Below are positions 23,919 through 32,000 of a stretch of 32,000 nucleotides of DNA, piece after piece. The position numbers and the translations under genes are program-made. How positions within the stretch are numbered: the stretch's first letter is position 1; the number at the start of each line of letters is the position of its first letter. The notes under the pieces are model-generated. The model searched no databases and was not told where the DNA came from. It saw nothing but the letters and a program-made list of their open reading frames with translations. The stretch is from contig NZ_SNUY01000004.1 in assembly GCF_004376175.1 (NCBI RefSeq), positions 67,141-99,140 of the forward strand, in the 5' to 3' direction. The DNA comes from Halalkalibacterium halodurans (lineage in GTDB: Bacteria; Bacillota; Bacilli; Bacillales; Bacillaceae_D).

Positions 23919-24548
23919 TTACTCTCGATTCTGTGAAATGGTCGGACGATCAAGTGAAAATGTCTCACCATATTTACCGTATTCATTTCCTGCCAACCGG
24001 CTAACAGGCCGTAACGCTTCTGTATCAATTCCACCGTCTTGAAATAGGTCATCTGCTACTTCATAATGGACGACCCGACCAATCAAAAAATCAGCAGCAG
24101 GTTCGCCGCCTTTCCCGCCGATCGGGATAACACTCTCCACTTTACATTCGAGACGAATACGACTCTCTGCTAAAGAGGGGACGCTCACGACCTCACTAGG
24201 GACTTCTGTTAATCCTGCATATTCAACCTCGCTTTCCTCCGGAGGAAGAGGAATCGAACTCACATTCACCGCTTCAACGTTCTGTTCATCGACGACATGC
24301 ACGACAAATTCACCTATTTCTTGGCCATTTCGCGCTGTGTCTTTTGGTGTCCCATCTGGCTTACGACCGACTGAAATGCCAATGAGGGGCGGTTCGGCGG
24401 TCAATACATTATAAAAGCTAAATGGCGCAGCGTTTACGACTCCCGCTTTACTTTTCGTCGTCACGAACGCAATCGGCCGGGGTAGAACAGCACCAATGAG
24501 CAACCGATAATTTTCTTTTCTGCTTAACGAATCAGGATTTAACTTCAT
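23919..24548 (-). CDS. Flavin reductase-like FMN-binding split-barrel protein
   Basis: RPIAFVTT...VNAAPFSFYNV. ATG 24548 lies 6 nt after GAGGTG. Earlier in-frame starts sit inside or against the SD. Confidence 0.8.
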   Translation of the reverse strand: MKLNPDSLSRKENYRLLIGAVLPRPIAFVTTKSKAGVVNAAPFSFYNVLTAEPPLIGISVGRKPDGTPKDTARNGQEIGEFVVHVVDEQNVEAVNVSSIPLPPEESEVEYAGLTEVPSEVVSVPSLAESRIRLECKVESVIPIGGKGGEPAADFLIGRVVHYEVADDLFQDGGIDTEALRPVSRLAGNEYGKYGETFSLDRPTISQNRE

Positions 24549-24577
24549 CAACATCACCTCGCTTTCATGCTATCAAA

Positions 24578-25435
24578 TCATGAGAAAAAAGAAAACTGGC
24601 GACGTTTGCGAATAAATCGATCGATCGCCTTCATGATCTCTTTCGGTCGTTCCTCGGGTAAAAGGTGACCTGTGTTTTTATAGACGATCAACGATGCGTT
24701 TGGCAAATCACTTGCTAACCGCTGACCAATTTTTACAGGTATGACGCGATCTTGCTCTCCCCATAACAGTAGAACGGGATGATGAATTTTACGTAACTCT
24801 TCCTTTGGCAAATCACCTTCCCGTTGGCGCATTAAACAGAGGAGCGCATCATAAAACGTCTCATCAGCTAACGGCAACCGGTACATTTCCACCGCTTCAT
24901 TGTTCACAATCCCCTTATTATAAACGACTTGCTGCAATGCTTTCGTTACATCTTGCCTTTGGACGTACCATTTGACCATTTGACGTAAGAATGGGATATA
25001 AGACAAAAAATAAAATGGGCGCTTCACTCGCTGCAAATACCCTGAACTTGATAACAAAACGAGCCGCTTCACTAGATGGGGCTTCCATTTCGTCACATAA
25101 AGAGCCACCTGTCCTCCCATCGAATGACCAACAAACGTCACCTTCGAAACATTGAGCTTTCTCATTAGAGCCACCATAAGCTCTGCATAGCATTGAAATG
25201 AGTAGGTAAACGTGCGCCCTTTCCCACTACGTCCAAAGCCAGGTAAATCAACAGAGATTACCCTTCCCCGTTTCGCTAATAACGGCATAAGCTTTCGATA
25301 ACTGTAAGTAGAAGAGACAAAACCGTGAATCAAAAAAAAGGTTTCTGTCGATTGATTTGATGGAATTTCTGCTACATAGACTTCCGTCCCGTTCACGTAA
25401 TAGGTTGTTTCCGTCATTAGTCCGCGTCTGCCCAT
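24578..25435 (-). CDS. Alpha/beta-fold hydrolase
   Basis: HGF oxyanion motif, nucleophile elbow GHSMGG, and a C-terminal GHLLPEE. SD AAAGGAG lies 7 nt upstream. Confidence 0.85.
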   Translation of the reverse strand: MGRRGLMTETTYYVNGTEVYVAEIPSNQSTETFFLIHGFVSSTYSYRKLMPLLAKRGRVISVDLPGFGRSGKGRTFTYSFQCYAELMVALMRKLNVSKVTFVGHSMGGQVALYVTKWKPHLVKRLVLLSSSGYLQRVKRPFYFLSYIPFLRQMVKWYVQRQDVTKALQQVVYNKGIVNNEAVEMYRLPLADETFYDALLCLMRQREGDLPKEELRKIHHPVLLLWGEQDRVIPVKIGQRLASDLPNASLIVYKNTGHLLPEERPKEIMKAIDRFIRKRRQFSFFS

Positions 25436-25557
25436 TTGCCTTCTCCTTTACAATCGAACGATCCTGCATCCTATCCTGTATTCTTAATGTCTACGTTCTG
25501 AAAAATTCCATTCATGAAAATAGCATCTTTTTTCAAATTATGGAAGAGAGCGCATTT

Positions 25558-25585
25558 AAAAAAACGAACGGGAGATTCCGCTCGT
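25558..25585 (-). terminator. Intrinsic terminator of metA
   Basis: On the minus strand, ACGAGCGG-aatctc-CCGTTCGT followed by T7. The stem begins within the last codons and stop of metA. Confidence 0.75.
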
Positions 25586-26496
25586 CATCTGGATAAATCG
25601 TAAGGGGTTTCTTGATATACGTAGTAGTTTAGCCAATTGGAAAACAGCAAGTATGAATGGGCTCTCCAGCGCAGTAATGGCTTTTTAGTGGCATCGTCAT
25701 TTGGAAAATAGTTTTCCGGCACTTGAATGTTCAACCCACGCGCCCGATCTCGCTCATACTCTTGCTGCAACGTACAGGCATCATATTCCGAATGACCTGT
25801 GACAAAGATCTGTTTTCCATCCTTCGAAGCCACAATATATACGCCTGCCTGCTCTGATTCGCTTAAAATTTCAAGGTCGGGATGGGCTTCGATCTGCGCT
25901 TTGTTAATATCGGTATGCCGAGAATGGGGAACGTAAAATTCATCGTCAAATCCTCTTAACAATTTCACGTTCGGTACATTTATTTTATGTGGATATACCC
26001 CAAATTGTTTTTCTGGTAATGGAACCTTTTCAACGCCATAATGATAGAAGAGGCCAGCCTGTGCACCCCAACAAATGTGAAGCGTTGACGTGACATTCGT
26101 CTTGCTCCATTCCATGATTTGCTTTAATTCATTCCAGTAATCCACTTCATCATATGGGAGTGTTTCAATTGGAGCACCCGTTATGATCATTCCATCAAAC
26201 TTCTTCTGTTTGACCTCGTCAATCGTCTGATAAAAAGTTTGCAAATGATCATAGGATGTATTTTTGGAAATATGGGTATCTGTATACATAAATGAAACTT
26301 CCACTTGCAATGGTGTATTTCCTAAAAGACGCAGCAGTTGTGTTTCCGTTGTTTGTTTAATCGGCATTAAATTTAAAATGACGATCTTCAGCGGCCTGAT
26401 ATCTTGTGAATACGCACGACTTTCAGCCATCACGAAGATGTTTTCTTTTGTTAAAATTTCTTTCGCTGGAAGGTTGTCTGGGATTTTAATTGGCAT
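25585..26496 (-). CDS. metA: Homoserine O-acyltransferase (MetA family)
   Basis: [11 protein letters not shown]...KIVILNLMP...HICWGAQ (active-site Cys context). SD AGGAGAA is present. Confidence 0.95.
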   Translation of the reverse strand: MPIKIPDNLPAKEILTKENIFVMAESRAYSQDIRPLKIVILNLMPIKQTTETQLLRLLGNTPLQVEVSFMYTDTHISKNTSYDHLQTFYQTIDEVKQKKFDGMIITGAPIETLPYDEVDYWNELKQIMEWSKTNVTSTLHICWGAQAGLFYHYGVEKVPLPEKQFGVYPHKINVPNVKLLRGFDDEFYVPHSRHTDINKAQIEAHPDLEILSESEQAGVYIVASKDGKQIFVTGHSEYDACTLQQEYERDRARGLNIQVPENYFPNDDATKKPLLRWRAHSYLLFSNWLNYYVYQETPYDLSR

Positions 26497-26617
26497 GATG
26501 TTCTCCTACTCCTTTACGTTTATCTTTTTTTGTATGTATATATAGTACCCTTCCCTTTTAACTAATAAAATTACCACGAAATAAGAAAATTCGCAATGAT
26601 CAAACGGAGGTATTTTC

Positions 26618-27292
26618 ATGAAAGTGCAAATCGAATGGATCTATAAACACCCGAATCGTTCAATCACCCATCCATTTACAAGCGGGGACATGAGCCTTAC
26701 AGAAGCACTCCAAGTCGCTGACGATCTGGAGCGAACGGGGCGAGTAAAATCGTTAACGTTCCGAGATCATAAAGGGGTGACCTGGTCAAAGAAAGAGCTA
26801 CTCCGTTTAACAGAAGAAAAGTCGACCACCGCTCATAACATTCGTTGTTACTGTGATGGTGGTTATGATCGTGAGACCGGCTTGGCCGGCATTGGGATTG
26901 TCATTTATTATGCACAAAATGGAAAAGAATTTCGGATCCGGGAAAATCAAGTGCTACAGCAGATCCAAGACAACAATGAAGCAGAGTACGCTGCACTTCT
27001 TGCTCTCTTCCAGCGCCTTCAAGCGTTAGACGTTCGTCACGAGGATGTCACCATCTACCTTGATTCATTAGTCGTGCAAAAACAAGCATCTGAGGAATGG
27101 CCTGTGTATGAAATGCATTATCATACATGGCTTGACCGGATGGAGCAAATCATTTCATCCCTCCATTTGAATGTTCGCTACGAGCTCATTTCAAGGGAGA
27201 ATAATCAAGAGGCCGATCGATTGGCGACGCAAGCGTTAGAAGGGACTATGGTGAATAGCCATGCGCAAAAAGAAGGCCAGCATTATAAATGA
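26618..27292 (+). CDS. RNase HI-type (RVT_3 / reverse-transcriptase-like) protein with an N-terminal extension of about 85 aa
   Basis: A DEDD set can be read at CYCDGGYD, NNEAEYAAL, IYLDSLVV and NQEADRLA. I do not recognise the N-terminal 85 aa. SD ACGGAGGT is present. Confidence 0.7.
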   Translation: MKVQIEWIYKHPNRSITHPFTSGDMSLTEALQVADDLERTGRVKSLTFRDHKGVTWSKKELLRLTEEKSTTAHNIRCYCDGGYDRETGLAGIGIVIYYAQNGKEFRIRENQVLQQIQDNNEAEYAALLALFQRLQALDVRHEDVTIYLDSLVVQKQASEEWPVYEMHYHTWLDRMEQIISSLHLNVRYELISRENNQEADRLATQALEGTMVNSHAQKEGQHYK

Positions 27293-27428
27293 TGACCTTT
27301 TATCGATTAGAAATTTCGTTGCCTATTTAATCGAATAGGAAAAACTGCGCTTTCCGCCAAATCATCCTATAGCGAAAGCCAGTGTTTCTTATCCTTTTGC
27401 CCTTTATAGTTAATTGACTTTAAGTGAC

Positions 27429-27462
27429 AAAAGACGAGGAGCGATTACGCCCTCGTCTTTTT
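27429..27462. terminator. Bidirectional intrinsic terminator
   Basis: A4-GACGAGG-(inner GCG/CGC)-CCTCGTC-T5. It overlaps the stop codon of the PHP gene (27445-27447). Confidence 0.8.
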
Positions 27463-28317
27463 ACGTTCCAAATCGTGCAAAAGTTCATAGGTCAATTGAT
27501 CAGGTATTCTCGTCGTTCCAAGAGGGGCTGCCGTCCGGCCATATGATTCATGATGGAAATCCGAACCTCCTGTACGTAGCAGCCTTCTCCCCGTTTCCGC
27601 TTCCATCCTCTTACATAGCTGTTCATAGTGTGCGACTACTTCGCGAGAATGATCCCTGTGATACACTTCGATTCCGTCTAATCCATACTCTCTCACCCAG
27701 CCGATCAACTGATCATCCAAATCGTAATAGCCAGGATGAGCTACTATGGCCACACCACCTGCTTGGTGGATCCATGCAATCGCCTGTTCGACGGAAATGT
27801 ATTCTTGCCTTTTAACATAGCAAGGTCGTCCCTCTGCTAAATAGTGCTCGAACGCCTCCTGAACTGAACGGACATAGCCTTTGTCCATCAACGCTTTAGC
27901 CACATGTGGGCGACCGATCGCCCCTCCATCCGCGTAACGAAGGACGGCGTCTTGTTCAAGGGGGACGCCGGCCGCTTTTAGCTTCAGTAAGATCTGTTCT
28001 AATCGTTGTTTTCGAATGTCCTGCTGCCGATCCAGCCTTCGCTTTAACGTATCGTTTTTCCAATCGATCCCATAACCTAGCATGTGAACACTCTGACCCG
28101 ACGACTTCGTTGATAGTTCAATTCCGGGAATCAAGGTTAAGCCAAGCCTGTGAGCTGTCTGCTTGGCTTCTTCAATCCCATTGACTGTGTCGTGATCGGT
28201 TAGCGCAACAAATTTGAGGTTCGCTTGATGGCATTTCTCCATTAATTTCGTAGGGGAATATCCCCCGTCGGAGGCGGTCGAATGCATGTGCAGGTCGCTG
28301 TTTCTGGAAAGGCTCAT
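27445..28317 (-). CDS. PHP-domain phosphoesterase (TrpH/YciV-like)
   Basis: The N-terminal DLHMHSTASDGG and later HD/H motifs are typical of the PHP family. SD GGAGATGG is present. Confidence 0.85.
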   Translation of the reverse strand: MSLSRNSDLHMHSTASDGGYSPTKLMEKCHQANLKFVALTDHDTVNGIEEAKQTAHRLGLTLIPGIELSTKSSGQSVHMLGYGIDWKNDTLKRRLDRQQDIRKQRLEQILLKLKAAGVPLEQDAVLRYADGGAIGRPHVAKALMDKGYVRSVQEAFEHYLAEGRPCYVKRQEYISVEQAIAWIHQAGGVAIVAHPGYYDLDDQLIGWVREYGLDGIEVYHRDHSREVVAHYEQLCKRMEAETGRRLLRTGGSDFHHESYGRTAAPLGTTRIPDQLTYELLHDLERKKTRA

Positions 28318-28328
28318 CTTCCATCTCC

Positions 28329-28811
28329 TTATGAATCAATCGTAATCTCCCATGATACTTGTCCCGTGCGAAGATGATCTGTGTAAATAAGCTCATAGCT
28401 CGTGTCCACAGGTACTTTAAAGGCAATTTCGCCACGATTCTTTCGATCAGGATGAAGCTGTCCACCTAGGATACCCTTTGTTTCAACATTTGACGCATGA
28501 GGATGAGCATACCCTTCGGAATCTACGAGCGTAAATTTATACAAAGCGAATTCTTTTACTTCGTTGCTCGTATTTTCAACGGTTAGATCAATGATCACTA
28601 GCTGCATATCCTCTTCATCTGCTAGGTCTTCCACTCTCGCTTCATTTAACGAGATTTTTAGATCGTTTACTTCCTCCACATGCGAAGAACTGGCTGAAGC
28701 CAAAGCACTGTCTGATCCTTGAACCTCTATCGGTTTATCGGAACGTGTAAAAGCAATCACGCCTACTAGAACAGCAAATAGAATCGCTAAAATGGCAAGC
28801 TTTCCTTTCAT
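28329..28811 (-). CDS. Membrane-anchored DUF4352-type extracellular protein
   Basis: ATG 28811 lies 6 nt after AAGGAGTG. There is an N-terminal TM anchor. The beta-rich domain (QLVIIDLTVENTS...FTLVDSEGY...GEIAFKVP) is typical of DUF4352. It lies 11 nt upstream of the PHP gene. Confidence 0.7.
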   Translation of the reverse strand: MKGKLAILAILFAVLVGVIAFTRSDKPIEVQGSDSALASASSSHVEEVNDLKISLNEARVEDLADEEDMQLVIIDLTVENTSNEVKEFALYKFTLVDSEGYAHPHASNVETKGILGGQLHPDRKNRGEIAFKVPVDTSYELIYTDHLRTGQVSWEITIDS

Positions 28812-28924
28812 ATCGTCCACTCCTTAACGCTTCTATCTGTCATTGTTTCAACCTGTTTACAAACAGGATCGAACAAGCACTAGTATAACGTTATGAGCGA
28901 GCTGTGAGAATCATACCGATTTCC

Positions 28925-29743
28925 CTATTTCCACCACGAATCAAAAATCGTAACAGGTAACTGCCGCTTATGTTCAGTCGCCAAATATCTTGACTCAATT
29001 TTTTTGCGAATGGCATCATGTACTTGTTTTCCTTCTAAATAATCGTCTAGTTGCTCATATGTGAGTCCGAGCGCTTCCTCGTCAGGTAAACCAGGACGAT
29101 CATCTTCTAAATCAGCGGTCGGGGCCTTTGTATACAAATGGGTCGGGGCACCTAGTTCTTTTAGTAGAGATTTCCCTTGACGTTTCGTTAAACCGAACAA
29201 AGGAGCTACGTCGCAAGCACCATCTCCATGCTTTGTAAAAAATCCAGTAATCGCTTCGGCCGCATGATCGGTCCCGATCACGAGGCAGCCGTAATGAGCA
29301 CCTACATCATATTGAGCTTTCATTCGCTCTCTCGCCTTCGTATTGCCTTTATTAAAATCGCTTAGCACTTCTCCTGTCGCTTGTTCAAACGACTTAGTTG
29401 AAGCGTCAACGGCGTCTTTAATGTTGACAGTGATCGAGCGGCTTGGCTTGATGAAGGCAATCGCATCCTGTGCATCGGCCTCATCCTTTTGCACACCGTA
29501 CGGAAGGCGAACGGCAATGAAAACATATGAAGTGTCCTGCTCCTCTTCATTTAATTCATCGATCGCCATCTGTGCTAACTTTCCTGCAAGCGTTGAATCT
29601 TGCCCACCAGACAGTCCGAGAACATATCCTTTTGCACCACTATGTTTTAAATAGTTTTTGAGGAACGTAACCCGCTTTCGGATTTCTTCCTTCGGTTCTA
29701 CCATCTGGGAAACGTGAAGTTCCTTTATTATTTGCTGTTGCAT
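28925..29743 (-). CDS. nadE: Ammonia-dependent NAD+ synthetase
   Basis: PP-loop GLSGGQDS. Full-length similarity to NadE. SD AGGAGG is present. Confidence 0.95.
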   Translation of the reverse strand: MQQQIIKELHVSQMVEPKEEIRKRVTFLKNYLKHSGAKGYVLGLSGGQDSTLAGKLAQMAIDELNEEEQDTSYVFIAVRLPYGVQKDEADAQDAIAFIKPSRSITVNIKDAVDASTKSFEQATGEVLSDFNKGNTKARERMKAQYDVGAHYGCLVIGTDHAAEAITGFFTKHGDGACDVAPLFGLTKRQGKSLLKELGAPTHLYTKAPTADLEDDRPGLPDEEALGLTYEQLDDYLEGKQVHDAIRKKIESRYLATEHKRQLPVTIFDSWWK

Positions 29744-29802
29744 AATAACCTCCTACACAAACAATCTGTCCATTCTTATCGTAAATGAGCCGCGGTTTTG
29801 AT

Positions 29803-30120
29803 TCAATCAGAATCCTTCGGTTTAAGCGAAAACTTTGTCAGATGATCTTCCAAACCTTCCTGTAGCAAAATGTCCACTTGCCGTTTCCCTAGTAAATCAA
29901 AGTGCGGGAAATCGACCCGATGATGGATCCATTCTTGTTTCAGTCCATACTGCTGTCCCCAGCATGTCAGCTTTTTGAGATCACGACACGCTACCTTTGT
30001 TACGGTATGGCATTCAGGAAAGCGGGAATCTAACCAGTAGTGGGTTAAAAACGCAATTTCCCCTCGGCTCGCTTTTTTCTTCCATTCCAGTAATTGTCGT
30101 CGATTAATTCCAAATGCCAT
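29803..30120 (-). CDS. Hypothetical protein (105 aa)
   Basis: ATG 30120 is preceded by AAAGGAGGAGCGGGAGAAG. The ORF-track TTG start at 30195 has no SD. I recognise no family. Confidence 0.6.
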   Translation of the reverse strand: MAFGINRRQLLEWKKKASRGEIAFLTHYWLDSRFPECHTVTKVACRDLKKLTCWGQQYGLKQEWIHHRVDFPHFDLLGKRQVDILLQEGLEDHLTKFSLKPKDSD

Positions 30121-30208
30121 CTTCTCCCGCTCCTCCTTTCTATTATATAGACTCTCGGCATTCGCCGAGCTTTGTGGTTCAAGGATTTTCCTCAAACCAA
30201 TTTATTTC

Positions 30209-30236
30209 ATCCCTCCTATTTTAGGTGGGATTTTTT
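30209..30236 (+). terminator. Orphan terminator-like hairpin abutting the left end of the IS
   Basis: ATCCCTCCTA-ttt-TAGGTGGGAT (one T-T mismatch) running into T6 on the + strand. No + strand gene lies upstream of it. Confidence 0.4.
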
Positions 30237-30239
30237 AAT

Positions 30240-30247
30240 GTTCATTT
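30240..30247. repeat. Candidate target-site duplication, left copy
   Basis: GTTCATTT lies 6 nt outside the left IR core. An identical octamer lies 7 nt outside the right IR core. Confidence 0.5.
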
Positions 30248-30253
30248 TTTAAA

Positions 30254-30263
30254 ACTGGAAATT
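30254..30263. repeat. Left inverted-repeat core of the IS
   Basis: ACTGGAAATT is the exact reverse complement of 31976-31985. Confidence 0.65.
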
Positions 30264-30378
30264 AATTATCAAAATATTTTCTCGAATTCGACAAGAAACA
30301 CTTGACTTTTCAAAAACACCACAATAATCGCCGGTGAAGGGATTATTTTCCCTTACTACTTGTGATTGAGGTGCCAAA

Positions 30379-31881
30379 ATGAAACCAACGTTTATTGCAC
30401 ACGAAACTTATCAAAACTTCGTTCTAAATCAGTTAAATGCCCATTATTCTGGCGGCATTCTTACCCTTGTTAATAAGGATTGGCCAGTAATTAAAAAGCT
30501 TTGGATAACTGATCTCTCTTCGGTAACTACATGGCTTGGTGATTCCTATTCCAAAAAGGGACCAAAGCCTCGTGACCCTGCTTCTATGATGCGTTCTTAT
30601 CTGCTTTCATTATTTGTTCAACCTACAAAAGGTATTACTCATTGGGTTGATCAACTTCGTCGCGTTCCGTTGTATGCAATTCTTAGCGGTTTTGAACCCG
30701 GTGACACACCAGGTGTTGGAACATTTGAAGACTTTTTCAAACGTTTATGGGCCTTCGAAAGCCCGAATGTTATGCCGAAGGTCAAACCTAAAAAGAAAAA
30801 GTCAAAAAAGAAAAAGAAGCCTAAAAAGGGTGAAAAAGCTGAACCTAAGAATCCCGGAATTGTTCGTAAACTCGTTGATCGGGCAATGCGTTATGGTTCC
30901 AAACAAAAACAACTGCCAGGAGACCGATTATTTGAGTTTTTTCAATCCCAATTTTTAGCGGTTTCTACGAAACTTGGTCTTCTTGGGGATCCCGAAGCTC
31001 TAGGTGTAGTTGGAGATGGGACACCAATTGAAACAGCTAGGTACCCGAGAAGTAAATCAACCTGTAATTGTAGTGCCCAAGGACTAACGAACTGTACTCA
31101 CCCACGCCAGTATTCACAACCCGACATCGACTCAGGCTGGGATAGTTCTAAGGAAAAGTACTTCAACGGATATCATCTCTACATGATATCCACTAGCGAT
31201 AGCCAATACGACTTACCGCTATATCCACGGCTGCATCCTGCTTCCCGGCATGATTCAGTCAGCCTAGTGGTTAGTTCAATTGAATTTTCGCAACGGTACA
31301 CCTTGGGCACGATTGATAAAATTCTTCTTGATGCAGCGCACGATGCTGAGGCCATTTATGAGCTACTTGAACATCAAAATGTGGAACCCTTCATCGATTT
31401 AAATGTTCGAACAAAGAAGAACTTTAGTACAGAAAGTGATATTCAAATATCTCCAACAGGTGTTCCAATCTGTCCGATTGGGAAGGAGATGAAGCCCAAC
31501 GGGTTTGACAAATCTCAAAATCGGCAAAAATGGCGTTGTCCACTTGCTTGCGGTACCAAAAATACATGCTCATCACCGTGTTCAAAAGCAAAATATGGTC
31601 GGACATTCCATACATTCAGAGAGGATAATCTACGATTATTTACCAAAACACCAAGGTCCTCTGAAAAGTGGAAACTTATATACAAACGAAGAACCTCTGT
31701 TGAACGTTCTAATAAAAGAGAAAAAATAGATTATCACTTGGAATCTGGACGCCACCGGTCAACAAAAATGTGGTACATTCGCCTATACGCCATAATGATG
31801 TGTCAGCACATCGATGCTTGGTACAGCAGTCAGAAAGAGCAGTTAAATATTGAAGAAATCATCTTTCCTAAAGCCGCCTAG
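30379..31881 (+). CDS. DDE transposase with the Y(2)R(3)E(6)K signature
   Basis: YKRRTSVERSNKREK matches Y-x2-R-x3-E-x6-K exactly. Candidate D residues are in VVGDGTPIE and LLDAAHDAE. A Lys-rich linker (KVKPKKKKSKKKKKPKKGEK) is present. SD GAGGTG lies 5 nt upstream. Confidence 0.9.
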   Translation: MKPTFIAHETYQNFVLNQLNAHYSGGILTLVNKDWPVIKKLWITDLSSVTTWLGDSYSKKGPKPRDPASMMRSYLLSLFVQPTKGITHWVDQLRRVPLYAILSGFEPGDTPGVGTFEDFFKRLWAFESPNVMPKVKPKKKKSKKKKKPKKGEKAEPKNPGIVRKLVDRAMRYGSKQKQLPGDRLFEFFQSQFLAVSTKLGLLGDPEALGVVGDGTPIETARYPRSKSTCNCSAQGLTNCTHPRQYSQPDIDSGWDSSKEKYFNGYHLYMISTSDSQYDLPLYPRLHPASRHDSVSLVVSSIEFSQRYTLGTIDKILLDAAHDAEAIYELLEHQNVEPFIDLNVRTKKNFSTESDIQISPTGVPICPIGKEMKPNGFDKSQNRQKWRCPLACGTKNTCSSPCSKAKYGRTFHTFREDNLRLFTKTPRSSEKWKLIYKRRTSVERSNKREKIDYHLESGRHRSTKMWYIRLYAIMMCQHIDAWYSSQKEQLNIEEIIFPKAA

Positions 31882-31975
31882 TCAATTTTTAAAAAAATAA
31901 TGGCAATAGGTTTCTTTGTCATGCACATTTTTGAAAATACAATGAAAATAATGAGTGTGCAGGCCATTCCAATCC

Positions 31976-31985
31976 AATTTCCAGT
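31976..31985. repeat. Right inverted-repeat core of the IS
   Basis: AATTTCCAGT is the exact reverse complement of 30254-30263. Confidence 0.65.
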
Positions 31986-31992
31986 AATTTTG

Positions 31993-32000
31993 GTTCATTT
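31993..32000. repeat. Candidate target-site duplication, right copy (truncated by the window edge)
   Basis: GTTCATTT forms the last 8 nt of the window. Confidence 0.5.

Larger units (their letters stand above)
30248..31992 (+). mobile_element. Insertion sequence of about 1.75 kb, IS4/IS5 superfamily (DDE_Tnp_1); exact termini uncertain
   Basis: A single transposase ORF is flanked by a 10-bp perfect inverted repeat core (ACTGGAAATT 30254-30263 / AATTTCCAGT 31976-31985) and an 8-bp direct repeat GTTCATTT (30240-30247, 31993-32000). The element is visibly more AT-rich than its surroundings. Confidence 0.65.

Noticed and set aside
26497-26617. Expected SAM (S-box) riboswitch upstream of metA
   Set aside because: Only about 120 nt separate metA from the divergent gene, and none of the conserved S-box helices are visible. 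Not all Bacillus metA genes carry one, so its absence is not remarkable.
27414-28184. + strand ORFs (27414-27815 and 27906-28184) inside the PHP gene
   Set aside because: They are antisense to a gene with clear PHP motifs, lack SDs, and the first one starts inside the bidirectional terminator.
30141-30236. Possible + strand sRNA (AT-rich -10-like TATTATATAG, hairpin CTCGGC/GCCGAG at 30154-30169, then the terminator-like hairpin)
   Set aside because: There is no acceptable -35 element. The same AT-rich box reads as TATAAT for the minus-strand 105-aa gene, and the first hairpin lies upstream of that promoter. The evidence is too thin without transcript data.
30779-30850. A-rich Lys tract in the transposase gene (including AAAAAAG) as a programmed frameshift site, with the overlapping ORF 30614-30958
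   Set aside because: The transposase is already one continuous 500-aa frame with all catalytic motifs. The overlapping ORF is in the +1 frame rather than the -1 frame and has no recognisable product.
1-32000. Search for a defence island, toxin-antitoxin pair, retron, CRISPR array, prophage block, tRNA or rRNA
   Set aside because: I saw no arrays of spaced direct repeats, no tRNA-like or rRNA-like sequence, and no integrase, nuclease-helicase, TIR, SIR2 or HEPN-type products. Gene content is housekeeping and signalling with B. subtilis-like synteny. The only mobile DNA is the IS at the right edge.

Overview
This 32-kb segment looks like ordinary chromosome from an endospore-forming Bacillaceae genome. 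Many products are recognisable as Bacillus subtilis Yod/Yku/Ypp/Yne-type proteins. Very acidic surface lipoproteins hint at an alkaliphilic or halotolerant host, which is inference only. I support about 40 protein-coding genes, mostly on the minus strand, plus one frameshifted gene, several intrinsic terminators, a few sigma-A-like promoters and one IS element at the right edge. I saw no rRNA, tRNA, CRISPR array, prophage block or recognisable defence or toxin-antitoxin module. From left to right the window contains the following. (1) The 3' end of a membrane protein gene, small DUF2642 and HesB-like genes, and a frameshifted DoxX gene. (2) A lysine-to-beta-lysine locus: kamA-yokU converging on yodT-yodS-yodR-ablB. 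(3) cheV and a two-component system preceded by a lipoprotein gene. (4) A serine hydrolase, an acidic lipoprotein and an M19 dipeptidase coupled to an orphan ABC ATPase. (5) An Hsp20-YppG pair and a methyl-accepting chemotaxis protein. (6) A YkuI-like EAL protein with an MFS transporter, then a flavin reductase, an alpha/beta hydrolase and metA. (7) An RNase H-like protein, a DUF4352-PHP pair, nadE, and an IS4/IS5-superfamily insertion sequence. I did not find an unambiguous new system. The best candidates for follow-up are the rearranged beta-lysine cluster, the two near-perfect Rex/Fnr-type palindromes 105 bp apart upstream of it, structured non-coding regions flanking that cluster, unannotated small ORFs, a degenerate EAL receptor and a probably recent IS insertion. 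All family assignments come from motifs read in the translations and from recalled similarity. No database search was run.
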